64,000 bases of DNA from Nageia nagi (lineage: Eukaryota; Plantae; Pinophyta), in contig JBITNC010000001.1 in assembly GCA_050084985.1 (NCBI GenBank), positions 150,350,001 to 150,414,000 of the forward strand, given 5' to 3'. How positions within the stretch are numbered: position 1 is the stretch's first letter; every line of letters starts with the position of its first letter. Both the position numbers and the translations under genes were made by a program. The notes under the pieces are model-generated. The model was given only the letters and a program-made list of their open reading frames with translations, was not told where the DNA came from and did no database searches. Of the stretch, positions 1 to 12,265 are shown piece after piece.

Positions 1-1470
1 AAAAAGCTATTGAAATTAGAGGAAGATGTCAAGGTGACATTATACTTATTAGAAAAGTACTTATCCCCTTCATTTTTTAATATCATGATGCACTTAATAG
101 TTCATTTAGTAGAGGTACATCTGGGTGGACTTGTACAATTTTGATGGATGTACTCTTTTGAGAGGTTTATATACATTCATAAGTTTCATAAACCATTATT
201 TTTCTAATTTTTTATAGCATGTCATAGAAATAAGTTTTTTCTCATATTTATGAAGATTCATAAAAGTTATGTAAATAATCGAGCTAGGCTCGAAGGTTGT
301 ATTATCAAGCAATATATTGTCAAGGAAACTGTTTCTTTCTATGTAAACTGCATGAGAGGTTTAGAATCAATTTGCAATCACCTTTCATGCAACAATATAG
401 GGAGTGACAAAGAGGAAACTGTAGTTGATGGGAGGCCAACATCCAATGGCAAAGTATTTAATTTAGATAACATTTCTCTTGAGCAAGCCCATCAATGTGT
501 TCTCATGAAACTGGATGAAGTTTAGCCTTGGGTAGAGTAAATATATATTTATTTGTTGCTATTTTATATAATATAGGATCAAATATTATTTAGATTCAAC
601 TATGCTTGAAAAACTTTGTGCCAAATCAGGAAGCACAAGATGAGTATCAAGGAATCCACCCCTCGTGTAGTGAGAGATGATGCAAAAAAATCATATTAGA
701 GAATTATTCCTTCGATACGAAATCAAGTTATTGTGTTCACTTGAATACTATCTTCAATATTTGTAATGATCATCATGTAATATTTTACAATTATCTCTAA
801 ACTATTATTCTTTGTTCTAGTTTTAGGGAGTTGAATCGCAACATCATGATGATGAATCTAATACAATAAAATGGTTGGTACGTGATCTAATTCAAGTTGC
901 AACCATATTTTCAAGCTATTTGATCAATAATTATACATTTAATACTAAATATAGATGAACAAAGAACAACTCAAAATAATGGTGTATGTGTTGATGCAAT
1001 TGTTAGTTGTAGATCAAGCGTAAAAGATACAAACTAAGTTATTGAAATAATCACATGTTACAATGTTATTAAGGAAATAATTTTGTTGAATTTATTATAG
1101 TGGGAATACCCCTTGTTCAAATGTGATTAGGTGAATGTTCTTGATAATAACAGTGGAATTAAAATTGATGAAATGGGATACACAATGGTTAACATGAGTA
1201 GATTACAATGTGGGGATAGACTAGAAGATGATCTGTATATTCTAGCATCGCAAGCTAAATGAGTTTATTGTATATAGGATTCAATTGCAAGCTGTTGGTA
1301 TGTGGCTCTCATATCACCTCTAAGAGGGATCAAAGACACCAAAGCATACAAGGTGGATCTATTTGTAGGAATAGATTTGGTTGAACTTAAAATTTCTCAA
1401 GATGATAACACAAATGATGACAACATTGAATATGTATGTAAGGATATTGAAGGTACATTTATGGAAGCAT
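1..1470 (+). pseudogene. CACTA transposase C-terminal region (DUF4218/DUF4216-like), disrupted
   Basis: Frame 1 reads LLEKYLSPSFFNIMMHLIVHLVEVHLGGLVQF*WMYSFER. The ORF at 250 reads KSYVNNRARLEGCI. Downstream: TTQNNGVCV, PLFKCD*V, GIKIDEMGYTMVN, DDLYILASQA. These are characteristic En/Spm transposase motifs, with stops. Confidence 0.9.
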
Positions 1471-1511
1471 GACTGCTATTAGCTTGTACAAGCAAAAAAA
1501 GGCAGTGTTTG

Positions 1512-2140
1512 GTCAACTTACCACTTTTGGACTAGTTTTTTATGCTCATAAAATTTATGGGTTGGACACTTTCTTTACTTTTCCACAGTAGTTTTTGGGA
1601 TCATATGATGTATTTAAAATATTTCATATCACATGTCATCATTTAAATATAAAAATAATATGATTAAAATTATATGCTTTATATTTATGCTCAAATGATT
1701 TAAATATGCTCTATATTTATGCTCAAATATGTTTCGCTAAGTATTACAAGCATATTTTTGACAACTTACCATTTTTGGACTGAATTTTAACACTTGGAAA
1801 GTTTTTGAGTTGAACAATTGGTTTCTTTATCCAAGCCAATTTTTGGATCATATGGTGTATTTAAATCATTTCATATTACATGTCATAATTTATTTGTAAA
1901 AAGTTCTGATACAGGCCATGCAATGAAGGAGCCCATAACATGTTACATTATTTTCATTTGTATATACAACATGGTATGTACTTGCAGGTAACCACATATT
2001 TTTTTATGTGTTTGGCTAACATGATTTTATCAACTTACCACTTTTGGATTAGTTTTTTACACTTCAAAAATTTCTATGTTGAACAATTGGTTTCCTTATC
2101 CAAGCCAATTTTTGGATCATATGGTGTATTTAAATCATTT
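1512..2140 (+). repeat. ~250-280 bp tandem repeat internal to the CACTA element (left part, interrupted by L1)
   Basis: CAACTTACCAYTTTTGGA...GGATCATATGRTGTATTTAAA recurs at about 1514, 1762 and 2031. Confidence 0.85.
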
Positions 2141-2649
2141 TTTTTATTAGAACTAGTGGGTAAATTTGATATTAATCAAAAAAGAAAATCAAGATTTGAA
2201 AGGACCTCATACACCTTTTACAAAATGATAAAAAAATAGAGACTGCTTCCCTCTATCATAAACAAAAATAGTTGAGTAAATCTATGTGATGTACAGACCA
2301 TACAAATAGATAATATTATGAGAAGTAATAATCATCGTATAGATGCAGCAAAAAGTATTATCCTACTTAAAGTCAGTATGAAACAAAATGAAGCACTTAG
2401 TGTAAGCTATATCTATTTAATTACTAAAGAAAGTATAAGTAACATCATACATCATAGCAAAATTAGAGCCATCTTGGTTGTCCCTTAGAAGCATAGAGAG
2501 AATAACCTAATCCTAATTATTCATAATATTAATAAAACAAAACAAAGAAAATAAGACTACCCTTGGTTTGTTTCCATGATAGAAGGTTTCATATTCTGAA
2601 GAGGTTTGACCTTAAAGTAGAAGGTTGGATTATATTGGGGTTGAGTTGA

Positions 2650-4334
2650 TGCTTGAGGCTCATACAACTGATCATGCTAGAAATCTTAAAGGTTGATCTC
2701 CTCTCAGTTAAAGAAGTCCTCATCCCATTGCATCTTTAGTTTTTGGTGTTTGAATTTGTAGAATTTCTTATAGATCTTCCTATAGGTTTTTGCTCTTTTT
2801 ATCATGTTTTGACTTTGAGCTTCATGTTCATGTATATGGTTAAAGATGGGTATGGTTTCAAGGATCACACTCAGGTTCCCTTAACATATTTCAGCCTTGA
2901 GTAGCATTACATTATGAAAATGGATATTTTGAGGCATGCAAATGGATTAAAATTTAAATTTTATGTAGTTGGTTGGTTTAGGGTGCCTTCTAATGATATA
3001 CAAAACCATAATTTGGAGATTTAAGGGGTTTTGTTAAGATAGTTGACAAGGGGGATGGGAAGGGGGGCGGTAGTGACACTGGTGGCCTAAGGGGTTTCCA
3101 AATTCAAATCCTAAGGGGCTAAGTCTGGGTTAATAAGGGCAAATTCCATGTCTACCTAGTGGGTAGAGTGAGTAGCTTTTTTCTTCTTTCTTTCATAAGT
3201 AAATTTGAATCTTGAATTAGGCATAGGTTTAGCGATACGATAGGGAACATCGATTTCATCATAATTTTCATAGACTTAAGAGACCTATTCTCTTCCCTAA
3301 TAGGACTATCAAAAATAAGAATGGTACCAAAGATCATCTTACCTTTGATTTTCTTAACTTGAGATATAGACGTCATTATTCTCCTTAAGGGTGCCTAAAG
3401 TTCATCTACTTTGTTAAAGACTCCATCTCTAGGGTAAGTCTTATTATCCTCATAAGGCTGTTCCTTTACCTTTTTAATTCTCCAAATCATCCATAATGAT
3501 ATATTTATTATTAGCATTAGCCCTTCTCCACCTTTTGAATCAGATAGGGGCCTCTTCATTTTCCTCCTTTGCTTCATTTGGGTTCAACGTATGCATGTTC
3601 TAAGCACTCCCCTTGATATTCTATATGGTTTCTTATTATGTCATTTCCTCTTTACCCCTACCAACTTTCTTTCATAGCTTCCTTGAAGAGGTATGCCTAT
3701 CCCTTGGGTGGGGCTGTCTTTGTGCATAGTTTACCAATTGATGTTGGTAAACCATAAGCATGACTACCTAGAGCAAGGGAATTGCATTTGGATTGGCCCT
3801 ACACTTATTGACTGACTCTATAGAGAATTGAACAAATTGAGCAAAATTGATAGGTTCTCATGGGGGCTTGAAGTGGTTCATCAAAATGATGTGAGAGCTA
3901 AAGACTTCTATGTTTCTCTAAGCTAGAGTAATATATTTCATGAGAATTTTGCAAATTTTGTACAAAGGGTAAGGTAAGAATTTTTTGCAAAAAACTATTT
4001 TGTATTTTTCTAATGAAATTCACTTGCCTTCAAATTTTTGAATCTCATCAGCCTTGCTAACTTTTGAATTCTATTTTATGACTTTACCTCTGTTAGGGAG
4101 GCTATTAGCTTTAGCAATAGTTGAATCATTGAAATGAATTTCCTTTCCATGAATGCAACACATACCATTATCCCAGGTGTTGACAACATAATTCACCAAC
4201 CTTCTATTGTTACCAACCCTACATGCCTTAATGATTCTATCTAGACCTCCTCTATAGATGATTCTCTACACAATTGGGTCTTTTTTATCTTTACTAGGAT
4301 CATTGGGCTCAATAAACACCAATGCCCCTCCCAT
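2650..4334 (-). pseudogene. Degenerate extra ORF ('ORF3') in the LINE 3' region; unknown protein with a PMD/plant-transposon-protein-like motif pattern
   Basis: From the ATG at 4334 one frame runs >200 codons with scattered stops: MGGALVFIEP..GGLDRIIKAC..LVNYVVNTWDNGMCCIHGKEIHFNDSTIAKANSLPNRG..LMKYITLA*RNIEVFSSHIILMNHFK..PLL*VVMLMVY. Charged low-complexity pieces follow (ORFs 3395-3577, 3152-3376). The 3' limit is approximate. Confidence 0.65.
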
Positions 4335-4599
4335 ATTCCTCTACTTTAAAGCTGGTTTGTTTTAGTAGTTTTTTTGTTCAGATGATGGGTTTATATAATT
4401 ACTGGTTTTCTTACTTAACTTGTACTCAATGCTATAATAAGCATAAAAGGTGGTAAGATATAGTTGTCTTATCAATTTAAATAACTTGGTCATACCATTA
4501 GATAATCTTGTCATGAGGTGTGTGGGGTACCTATCTCTCGATCCTTCCCCATCACATCCATCTCATTTACTGATTTGATAATAATTAATCATTAAAGAA

Positions 4600-5010
4600 G
4601 GTTTTAAAGTTACAAGGTAATTCTCTCTTTGATGTACATCCTAATAATCTCAACCAATCTAAGAATTATAATTATGGTAACCACTTATGCTTTGATTTCC
4701 TTGTTTTCAAACATACAAGTATTTATTTGCTTCCATACCTGACACCATATGTGGCCAAGCACCATAGTCCAACAATTCTTATACCTCTTAGTTTTCTCCC
4801 ATGGTGTCTATTGTTTTATACATTGTTTGACATATTTAGGTAAAATCCTTTGTATTTTCATTCTTTTGCATAGCATATTCCAAACCTTTTCTATATACTC
4901 ACAGTGTAGGACAAGATGGTTAATATCTTCTTCTTCTTTCCACAACAAGCATCTATTGACCATGGTAAAACCTCTTCTTTATATATTATTTATGTTTAAC
5001 AATCTGTTGA
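4600..5010 (-). pseudogene. L1 ORF2 C-terminal zinc-binding (zf-RVT) remnant
   Basis: RGFTMVNRC..EEDINHLVLHC..VW and W.QVWK..N..F match the conserved plant L1 ORF2 C-terminus. Confidence 0.8.
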
Positions 5011-5016
5011 CCATGG

Positions 5017-5725
5017 TAAATCATTTCATATCACATATCACAATTTATTTGTAAAAAAATTATGATACAAGCCATGCAGTGAAGGAGCCCACAATATCTT
5101 CCATTATTTTAATTTAATCATTTTGTATATACAACACGCTATTCACTTGCAAATAGCCATATATTTTTTTATGTATTTGGCCAACATGATTTTGAGAACT
5201 TACCATTTTTGGATTAGTTTTTTACAATTGGAAATTTTTTGGGTTGAATAGTTGGTTTCCTTATCCAAACTAGTTTTTTTATCATATGGTGTATTTAAAT
5301 AATTTCATATCACATGTCATAATTTATTTCTATTTTTTTTTTTTGATACAGACCATGCAGTGAAGGAGCCCACAACATGTTCCATTGTTTTCATCTAGTC
5401 ATTCTATGGTATGCTCTTAGTGATCACATATTTATTTTATTTTGCTAGCATCTGTCAACTTACCAATTTTGGATTGGTTTATGGGTATTTTATAGTGAAG
5501 TTCAAAGCTCCATCAAGATAGCTTGCATGACCAAGAAGGTAAACAACACATGTATTATGATTAATCCTACAATTGTAGAATATGCACAAAATGAAAAATT
5601 GTAAAGACTTTTAAGCAAATGCATTTATCAAGTGTAAAACTAGCTACATTATGAAACATAAAGTATCAAAAACCAATCCAAAAATGGTAAGTTGGTAAAA
5701 ATATACTTGTAATACTTAACTGTTC
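5017..5725 (+). repeat. Continuation of the CACTA-internal tandem repeat, plus one inverted partial copy
   Basis: GATACA.GCCATGCAGTGAAGGAGCCCACAA at about 5065 and 5345 (compare 1908). AACTTACCA.TTTTGGATT at about 5198 and 5457. Reverse-complement copy AATCCAAAAATGGTAAGTTG at about 5675-5695. Confidence 0.85.
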
Positions 5726-5897
5726 AACCCAAAAATATAAATGCTATGTTGTCTTACTTGCACTATAAATGTTGGATGTCTTCCCCCAAGATAACCTATT
5801 CAAAACATCATGAATTAGATAAGTCAGGGCTAGCTACATTTACAAACTCTTAATAGATATATCACCATTAAGCTTCATCATTGTTCATAAATGTTAC

Positions 5898-7675
5898 TGT
5901 CTTCCTCCAAAATAATACTCAAAATCTAGGTAATCTTACTATTCTTTATTCTTTATTATTTCATTTACCTTAGTACCCGAAATCCATGTATATAAGAGTA
6001 TCGAGGAAATCACCATTCTTTTAGAATCTTCATGTCTTGTATTGTTTAAACATTTCCCCCTTTTCACATTCCTATCCCCTAGAATGTCAAGAATCATTTT
6101 GTAAATAAAGTCATCCAAAAATTTTGTCTTTCTTCAATACTTGGGAAATATGTAAATAAGGCCACCTGGAGATTCTATCAAAACACTTGTGTTAAATTTA
6201 CATTCCTTCTCTTTAATAACCATAAATCTAGAATACCCAAAAATCTTCTCCAAATGCATTAAGAATTCATGTATCAAAATTGACTGGAATCATATGTGTT
6301 GCCTTTCTAGAAATCATTAACATGAAAGTCCAAGACTTGTATATATATGCAGAGTTCAACTTTTGAAAAATGCAAATAGAGACCAAAGATTTCAAAGCAT
6401 GACATCATAATTTTCAATCAAAATAAGTAGGTCTCAAAATAGATAGTAGGCACCATAGATTCTTGAAGATCATTGATAGAGCTCAATAATTTGAGGAGAT
6501 GATGTCATAAATTATTATGAAAATCAATGGGTCTCAAAGAAAACTAGATCATCAACAAAGCTCAAAAGAAGAACATAGATCCTATCAAGGGAATAGAAGA
6601 GTAATGTATGAGAAAGAACACCCAGGTCCACTTCATCTTAAGTGTTTGACCCTTGGGGCCCTGTTAATGTGTCGACACCAACTCATTTCCACATAACAAT
6701 GGTAGTTCTTCTCGATTTAAGCAAACATAATATCTACCAACCATCATTACTTTGATTACTAACATCCATAATATACATCATGAAGTTTGCATAGAAGTAG
6801 ATGGAGGCTAATAAAATAGATAATCAAATCATACCAATCAATGTGCAATCAAATAATTGCTCAATCTACCACAATACCACTTTCAATTAGCAACAATGCT
6901 AAACTCAATTAGCTATAGGGTTTTGGAAGGAGTAGTCAATGACATACTAGAAGATTATGCCTTTATGGACATGGTTGATCAAAAGTTACAAATCTCCAAA
7001 ATATTTAGAAAATTTGGATAGTTAATATTGATTTAAACTTGTATTTTATACAATCTAGCACAGTTGTAACATTTAGGTAAATAACATTATTGTAGCTATT
7101 TCATTCAATACTAGTAATAATGTATGTTAATGAGATCCAACCATCCAAAAGGGGAGGAAGTTGTATAAATAGCTAGTTTTAGAAGTTAGAAATGTCAAAC
7201 ATTCTAACAAATTTGCCTGATCTATAAGAGCAATTCACACATGATAATACAAATAGATAATGCTTTACCCTCTTGCAACAAAGTGGTTGTTATTGCTTTT
7301 ATGAATGTTGTGTATGAAATGTTTACTTCAAATTATGGTTATGTATTATGATTGCAAGACCCCAAGGGTGAGGTAGTTTACTATTCTTAATCTTGGTTAT
7401 GGATTATCGTTGGTGCTGCACTACCTGGGTTGTAAATTTTCTATTTTAGTTATTCATTTATCTATCTCTTTCCTGTTACTCTTTACCTTTTTATCCCTTT
7501 TCTGTTACTTTTGACCTTAAACATAGATAGGAGTCAACTTATAACTTGAAGATTGAGCAAAATATTCACACAAGCGCACTCCCACCACCTTCTGCTCTTT
7601 CAAGGAATCTATTATTGTGATAAGTGGAGAACATAATCAGACCAAACCCTTGAAGTTACACTATACTGATCAATA
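5898..7675 (+). repeat. Tat element 5' LTR
   Basis: Starts TGTCTTCCTCCAAAATAATACTC and ends CTATACTGATCAATA (CA decayed to TA). Colinear with 23466-25243. Confidence 0.95.
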
Positions 7676-7693
7676 GTAGACCTGTTCCATTTT

Positions 7694-7704
7694 TGGCATG
7701 CTCA
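7694..7704 (+). promoter_or_regulatory. Left half of the Tat primer-binding site (tRNA-Arg type), split by the copia insertion; right half at 13608-13614
   Basis: The rejoined sequence TGGCATGCTCA+ATGGGAC differs by three transitions from the Tat/Ogre PBS TGGCACGCCCAGTGGGAC. Confidence 0.8.
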
Positions 7705-8163
7705 TGTTAGAATTTGTAATGAAATATTATGAATATCTAAACTCCTTGTAAATTCAATTAATCACTTAAAGGATATGTAGATACCTTAAGGGATTAATTG
7801 AATTCTTTATTATGTAGACTTTGACTTTACCATGTGGTTAGTTGGTAGGTTAAAGTTAGGTGATACATTTATTGTAACCCTAACCTTACCCTTGGGTTAA
7901 AGGGAGGTTAGGGAGGTGCTCTCAATCTATAAATAGAGGGCCTCTCCTCTTGTAACATAACTAAGTTTTTGGAGTAAGATTACTCTACTAGTTGTGTAGG
8001 AGAGAAAGAGAATAGTTGTAAGAGGGGCATACTTGAGAATTGAGATACTAGTTGTGGATGTACTCCCAAGGAGGGAGGAACCACATTATATGTGTGTTAT
8101 CTTGTGTATGATTGAGTTTCCTAGTCTTGGTCCTTGAAGATTAGTTTAGGTCTAAATCCTTCA
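7705..8163 (+). repeat. Copia 5' LTR
   Basis: TGTTAGAATTTG...AAATCCTTCA, contains TATAAATAG. Six substitutions versus the 3' LTR by manual alignment. Confidence 0.97.
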
Positions 8164-8165
8164 AT

Positions 8166-8177
8166 TGGTATCAGAGC
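8166..8177 (+). promoter_or_regulatory. Copia primer-binding site (tRNA-iMet)
   Basis: TGGTATCAGAGC 2 nt after the 5' LTR. Confidence 0.95.
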
Positions 8178-8254
8178 TTGGTGTAGAAGCTCTTCTTCTT
8201 TGTGTGGAAGCTCTTCTTGTTGGTGTGGAAGCTCTTTTTGGTGTTGAAGCTCTT
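8178..8254 (+). repeat. ~18-21 bp tandem repeat (x4) in the copia leader
   Basis: TTGGTGT(A/G/T)GAAGCTCTT-type unit repeated four times. Confidence 0.85.
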
Positions 8255-8301
8255 ATTCCTTCAATTTTAAGGTCTTGGTGAGGTAAATTCCAAGAGAAGC
8301 A

Positions 8302-11300
8302 ATGGTTGAAACCTTCATACCCAAGCATATACTCGATGGTTCCAACTTTGGAATATGGGAACCTCGTATGAAAGTTGAGTTACAAGCAAGGAAGCTGTGG
8401 CAGATAGTTAATGAAGACTTGGTCACTCCTACTGATGAGAAGGCTCTTGAAATATACAACTCAAAGAATGAGTTAGCAACTTCAATAATTTATCGTGCAG
8501 TTTCAGATGACATCCTTCTCATGATCTCTTCTTCAACATCAGCAAAGGAAGCTTGGGATAGGCTGAAGAAAATTTACCTTGGGTCAAAATTTTCAAGGAG
8601 GTTCACCATTTTACAAAAGTTGTTGCAATATCATCAAGGTGAAGATGAAAGTGCCTCTATCTACTTGAACAAAATCATTGACCTCAGGACACAATTGGTT
8701 GGCTGTGGGTGCAACTGGATCAATGATGAGTTCATGGTCTTCATCATTCTTTAAAGCCTTTCTACAAAGTTCAGTAACTTTGTCACGGTTATGGAAATAA
8801 GGCTCAATGATGAAGAAGATGTCATCTCTCTTGATAACCTTTCTAGACTCCTTCTAAAGCATGAGGAAACTTTGAATAAGAAAATGTTGAACCTTTCTCC
8901 AAAGGATAATAACATTGCTCTAGGAGCAACCAAAACTCCTTTCAAGAAAAAGTTCAAACATTATAAATTCAAAGATAACAAGTCCTCATCTACCTTCAGA
9001 AAATATGAGAAAAAGGGCAACAATAATGGCAACTTTAGGCAAAGGAATGACAAAGCTGGATCAAGCAATCCAACACCTCAGGAAAAGTTTGATAGAAATT
9101 GTAACTTTTATGGCATATTTGGGCACAAAGAGTATGATTGTCGTAAAAAGAAATTTGCTCAAAAAGGTAAGGGAAATGCAAATGTGAGAAATTTCAATAA
9201 TAGAAAGAAGAACAAGCATACTACTACTATTGCCTACTACTCAATGACTCAAACTATTTCAAATGATTGGATTGTTGATTAAGGATGCACTAATCACATG
9301 TGTTATGAAAAAGATAAGTTTGAAAACTTTCATAAGTACAAGAAGGATGCAGTTGTGATAGGTGATAATACAGTCCTTGATGTTCAAGGAATAGGGAGTG
9401 TGAAGATTCATGGAAAGACTCTTGATAATGTCTTTTATGTGCCTAAACTAAGGATGAATCTTATCTCCGTAATTCAGATTACAAGGAAAGGATACTCATT
9501 TGAGTTTACCTCACACTCCTGGTGTGTTAAGAAAGGACTTGCCACCTTCATGAAAGGATCAGTAAAGGATGACCTTTATATTGTGGATCAAGTTCCTTCA
9601 AAAATGTGTCTTGCTACAAATGTTTGTTCAAAGAGTAATCTTTGGCATCAACGATTAGGGCACCTTAACCATAAGAGTATTCAAGCTATGAAAACTCAAG
9701 AACTTGTGGAAGGTTTACCTAATATTTCACCCACAATTGGTCTCTATGAAAGGTGCATTCTAGGAAAGATGAATAGGCAAAAGTTTGAAAAAGATAAGGT
9801 AACTCAGGCTACTCATCCTCTTCAGCTTGTGCATTCAGATTTGATGGGTCTGTTTCAGACTAAGTCTCTAGGGGGAGCTTCTTATGTTCTGACCTTCATT
9901 GATGACTTCAGTAGGATGACATTTGGTTATCTACTTGAGCACAAGGATCAAACTTTTGACAGGTTTAAAGATTTCAACGCTCTTGTTGAAAATCAAACTG
10001 ATTTTAAGATCAAGATGCTGAGATCTGATAATGGGGGTGAGTATAATAGCTATGAGTTTAATGACTATTGTGTTAAACATGGGATCAAGTGGCAATTCAT
10101 AATCCCTTACACCCCTCAGCAAAATGGAGTTGTTGAAAGGAAGAATCAAACCATTATGGAAATGGTAAGGTGCATGTTGGGTAACCTTCCTAGTTTCTTA
10201 TGGGGTGAAGCTGTTCACACTACTATTCACACCCTAAATAGGTGTCCTACTAAAGCAGTTGAAGGTAAAACTCCGTATGAAGCATGGATAGGAAAGAAAC
10301 CTAACCTCTCACACTTTAGAGTCTTCGGTTGTGATGCATTTGCCTTCATTACCTCAGAGTAAAGAAAGAAGTTGGATAAAAGATCAGAAAAATGCATCTT
10401 TGTGGGGTATGATAATTAGCATAAAGGTTATAGGCTCTACTCCTCATCCCATAAAATAGTCTTTGTTTCTAGGGATGTCAAGTTCAATGAACTTCCTGAG
10501 GATACAACCTCTCATGCTGAGGTGTCTGATACAGATGATTCTTTGCCTGCACCTAACTAGTTGGATGATCATGTAGAGAATTCACCATAAGAGCAAAATT
10601 CTCCAGCTCAAATAATTACAAGGAGTATGACCTTGAATAACTCTTTATTTGCCAAAATTGATAATACGAATGAGCCATCAACCTTCAAAGAAGCTTCCAA
10701 GCAAGAGTGTTGGATGGAAGCTATGAAAGTTGAGTATGAGGTGCTCATGAAAAATGAAACTTAGGATTTGGTTCCTTATCCCAATGAGAAAAATGTGATT
10801 GGAAATAAATGGATGTACAAGGTCAAGTACAATTCTGATGGAGAAATTGAGAAATACAAAGCAAGGTTAGTGACCAAAGGATTCGCTCAAAAATATGGTA
10901 TTAATTATGAGGAAACCTTTGCTCCTGTGGCCAAGATGCCTACTATTAGGATAATCCTTGCTCTTTTTGTAGCTCAAGGATGGAAAGATTTTCAACTTGA
11001 TGTCAAGAATGCATTTCTCAATGGTGACTTGGATGTAGAAATCTACATGAATCAACCTGAAGGATTTATTCCAGATAGAAAAGAATCTCTTGTGTGCAAG
11101 ATAAAGAAGTCTTTGTATGGACTTAAGCAAGCACTTAGAGCATGGTACAAGAAAATTTTAGGATTCTTTGCAGATATTGGTTTTTCCAAGTGCTTCTCTG
11201 ACTCAGATCTCTATGTACTCAATCAAGGAAAAGACGTGGTCTTAATTCTCCTTTATGTGGATGATCTTCTCATAACTGGCAATAATATTGAAATCATCCA

Positions 11301-12219
11301 AGAGTGCATCTCCAAATTCAAGGCAACATTTGAAATGACTGATCTAGGTCTATTGCATTACTATCTTAGGATGCAAGTATACCAACATAAAGATTGTACT
11401 TATCTTAGTCAATTTAAGTATATATCAAACATCTTGCACAAGTTTGGAATGGAGGAGTGGAAATATGCTGCAATACCTATTTCTCCTAGAATCATTGTAT
11501 CACTGAGCTTAGATTCTCATTTGGCTGATGCTACAGCTTATAGGCAATTGATCGGTAGTCTTCTGTATCTGACTATCTCTTGACCTGATATTGCCTTTGT
11601 AGTGAATCTGATGGTACGATTCATGCAAAAACCATATGTTGAACACCTCAATGCTGTTAAGCAAATCTTGAGGTATGTGGCAGGGATAAAGGATCTTGCT
11701 CTTAAGTATTCCAAAGTGCCCTCAATTATTCTCTTAGGGTTCTCAGATTCTGATTATGGGGGAGATAGAGATGACAGAAAATCAACCTCTGCATATGTGT
11801 TCAGCATTGGTTCAAGTGCTATCTCTTGGGCTTCCAAGAAGTAACCTATTGTGACTCTTTCTACCATCGAAGTCGAATATCAAGCCATGTCTGTTGTCAC
11901 CCAAGAAGCTATTTGGCTGAGGCATCTTCTGAACAAAATTGGGTATAAGCAAAATGGCCCATCTCTTATTTCTTCAGACAATCAATCAGCTATCTCTTTG
12001 GCTAAGAATCTTGTGTTCCATCAGAGAACCAAACATGTGGGAATCCAAGCCCATTTTATCAGGGACAAGGTTCTAGATGACATCATACACTTGGAGTATT
12101 GTCCATCTACTAAAAACTTTGCTAATTTATTCACCAAGCCTCTTCCTGAAGCTCAGTTCAGCAAGCTTAGGGATTCTCTCGGGTTGGTGAAGTTGCCCTC
12201 AAGGGGGAGTGAAGTTTGA
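8302..12219 (+). pseudogene. Copia gag-pol polyprotein, single frame with 9 in-frame stops
   Basis: All ORF pieces are in one frame. Gag (LDGSNFGIWEPRMK, SAKEAWDRL), zinc knuckle (CNFYGIFGHKEYDC), protease (WIVD*GCTNHM), integrase (LWHQRLGH, VHSDL, LRSDNGGEY, TPQQNGVVER), RT (YKARLV, QLDVKNAFLNG, SLYGLKQA, LYVDD), RNase H (SDSDYGG, DNQSAI, RTKH). Stops at 8752, 9280, 10360, 10417, 10558, 10588, 10762, 11581, 11842. Confidence 0.97.
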
Positions 12220-12265
12220 AATTTTGTTAGTGATGACAACTTCACCTCTAAGAGGCCTTTTTTGA

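Larger units (their letters stand above)
2141..5016 (-). mobile_element. 5'-truncated L1-clade LINE with poly(A) tail, 10-bp TSD and an extra 3' ORF
   Basis: TSD TAAATCATTT at 2131-2140 and 5017-5026, and the host tandem repeat resumes exactly across it. T-run (minus-strand poly(A)) at the left end. The minus strand at about 4990-4690 reads RRGFTMVNRCLLWKEEEDINHLVLHCEYIEKVW...IWCQVWKQINTCMFENK (L1 ORF2 C-terminal zf-RVT region). Confidence 0.85.

Noticed and set aside
3740-3790. Apparent LINE ORF1 zinc knuckle (PCSR*SHAYG-like reading), suggesting an ORF1-only element
   Set aside because: It needs a frameshift. Another frame gives a long coherent protein, and the ORF2 C-terminus lies upstream, so this is not ORF1.
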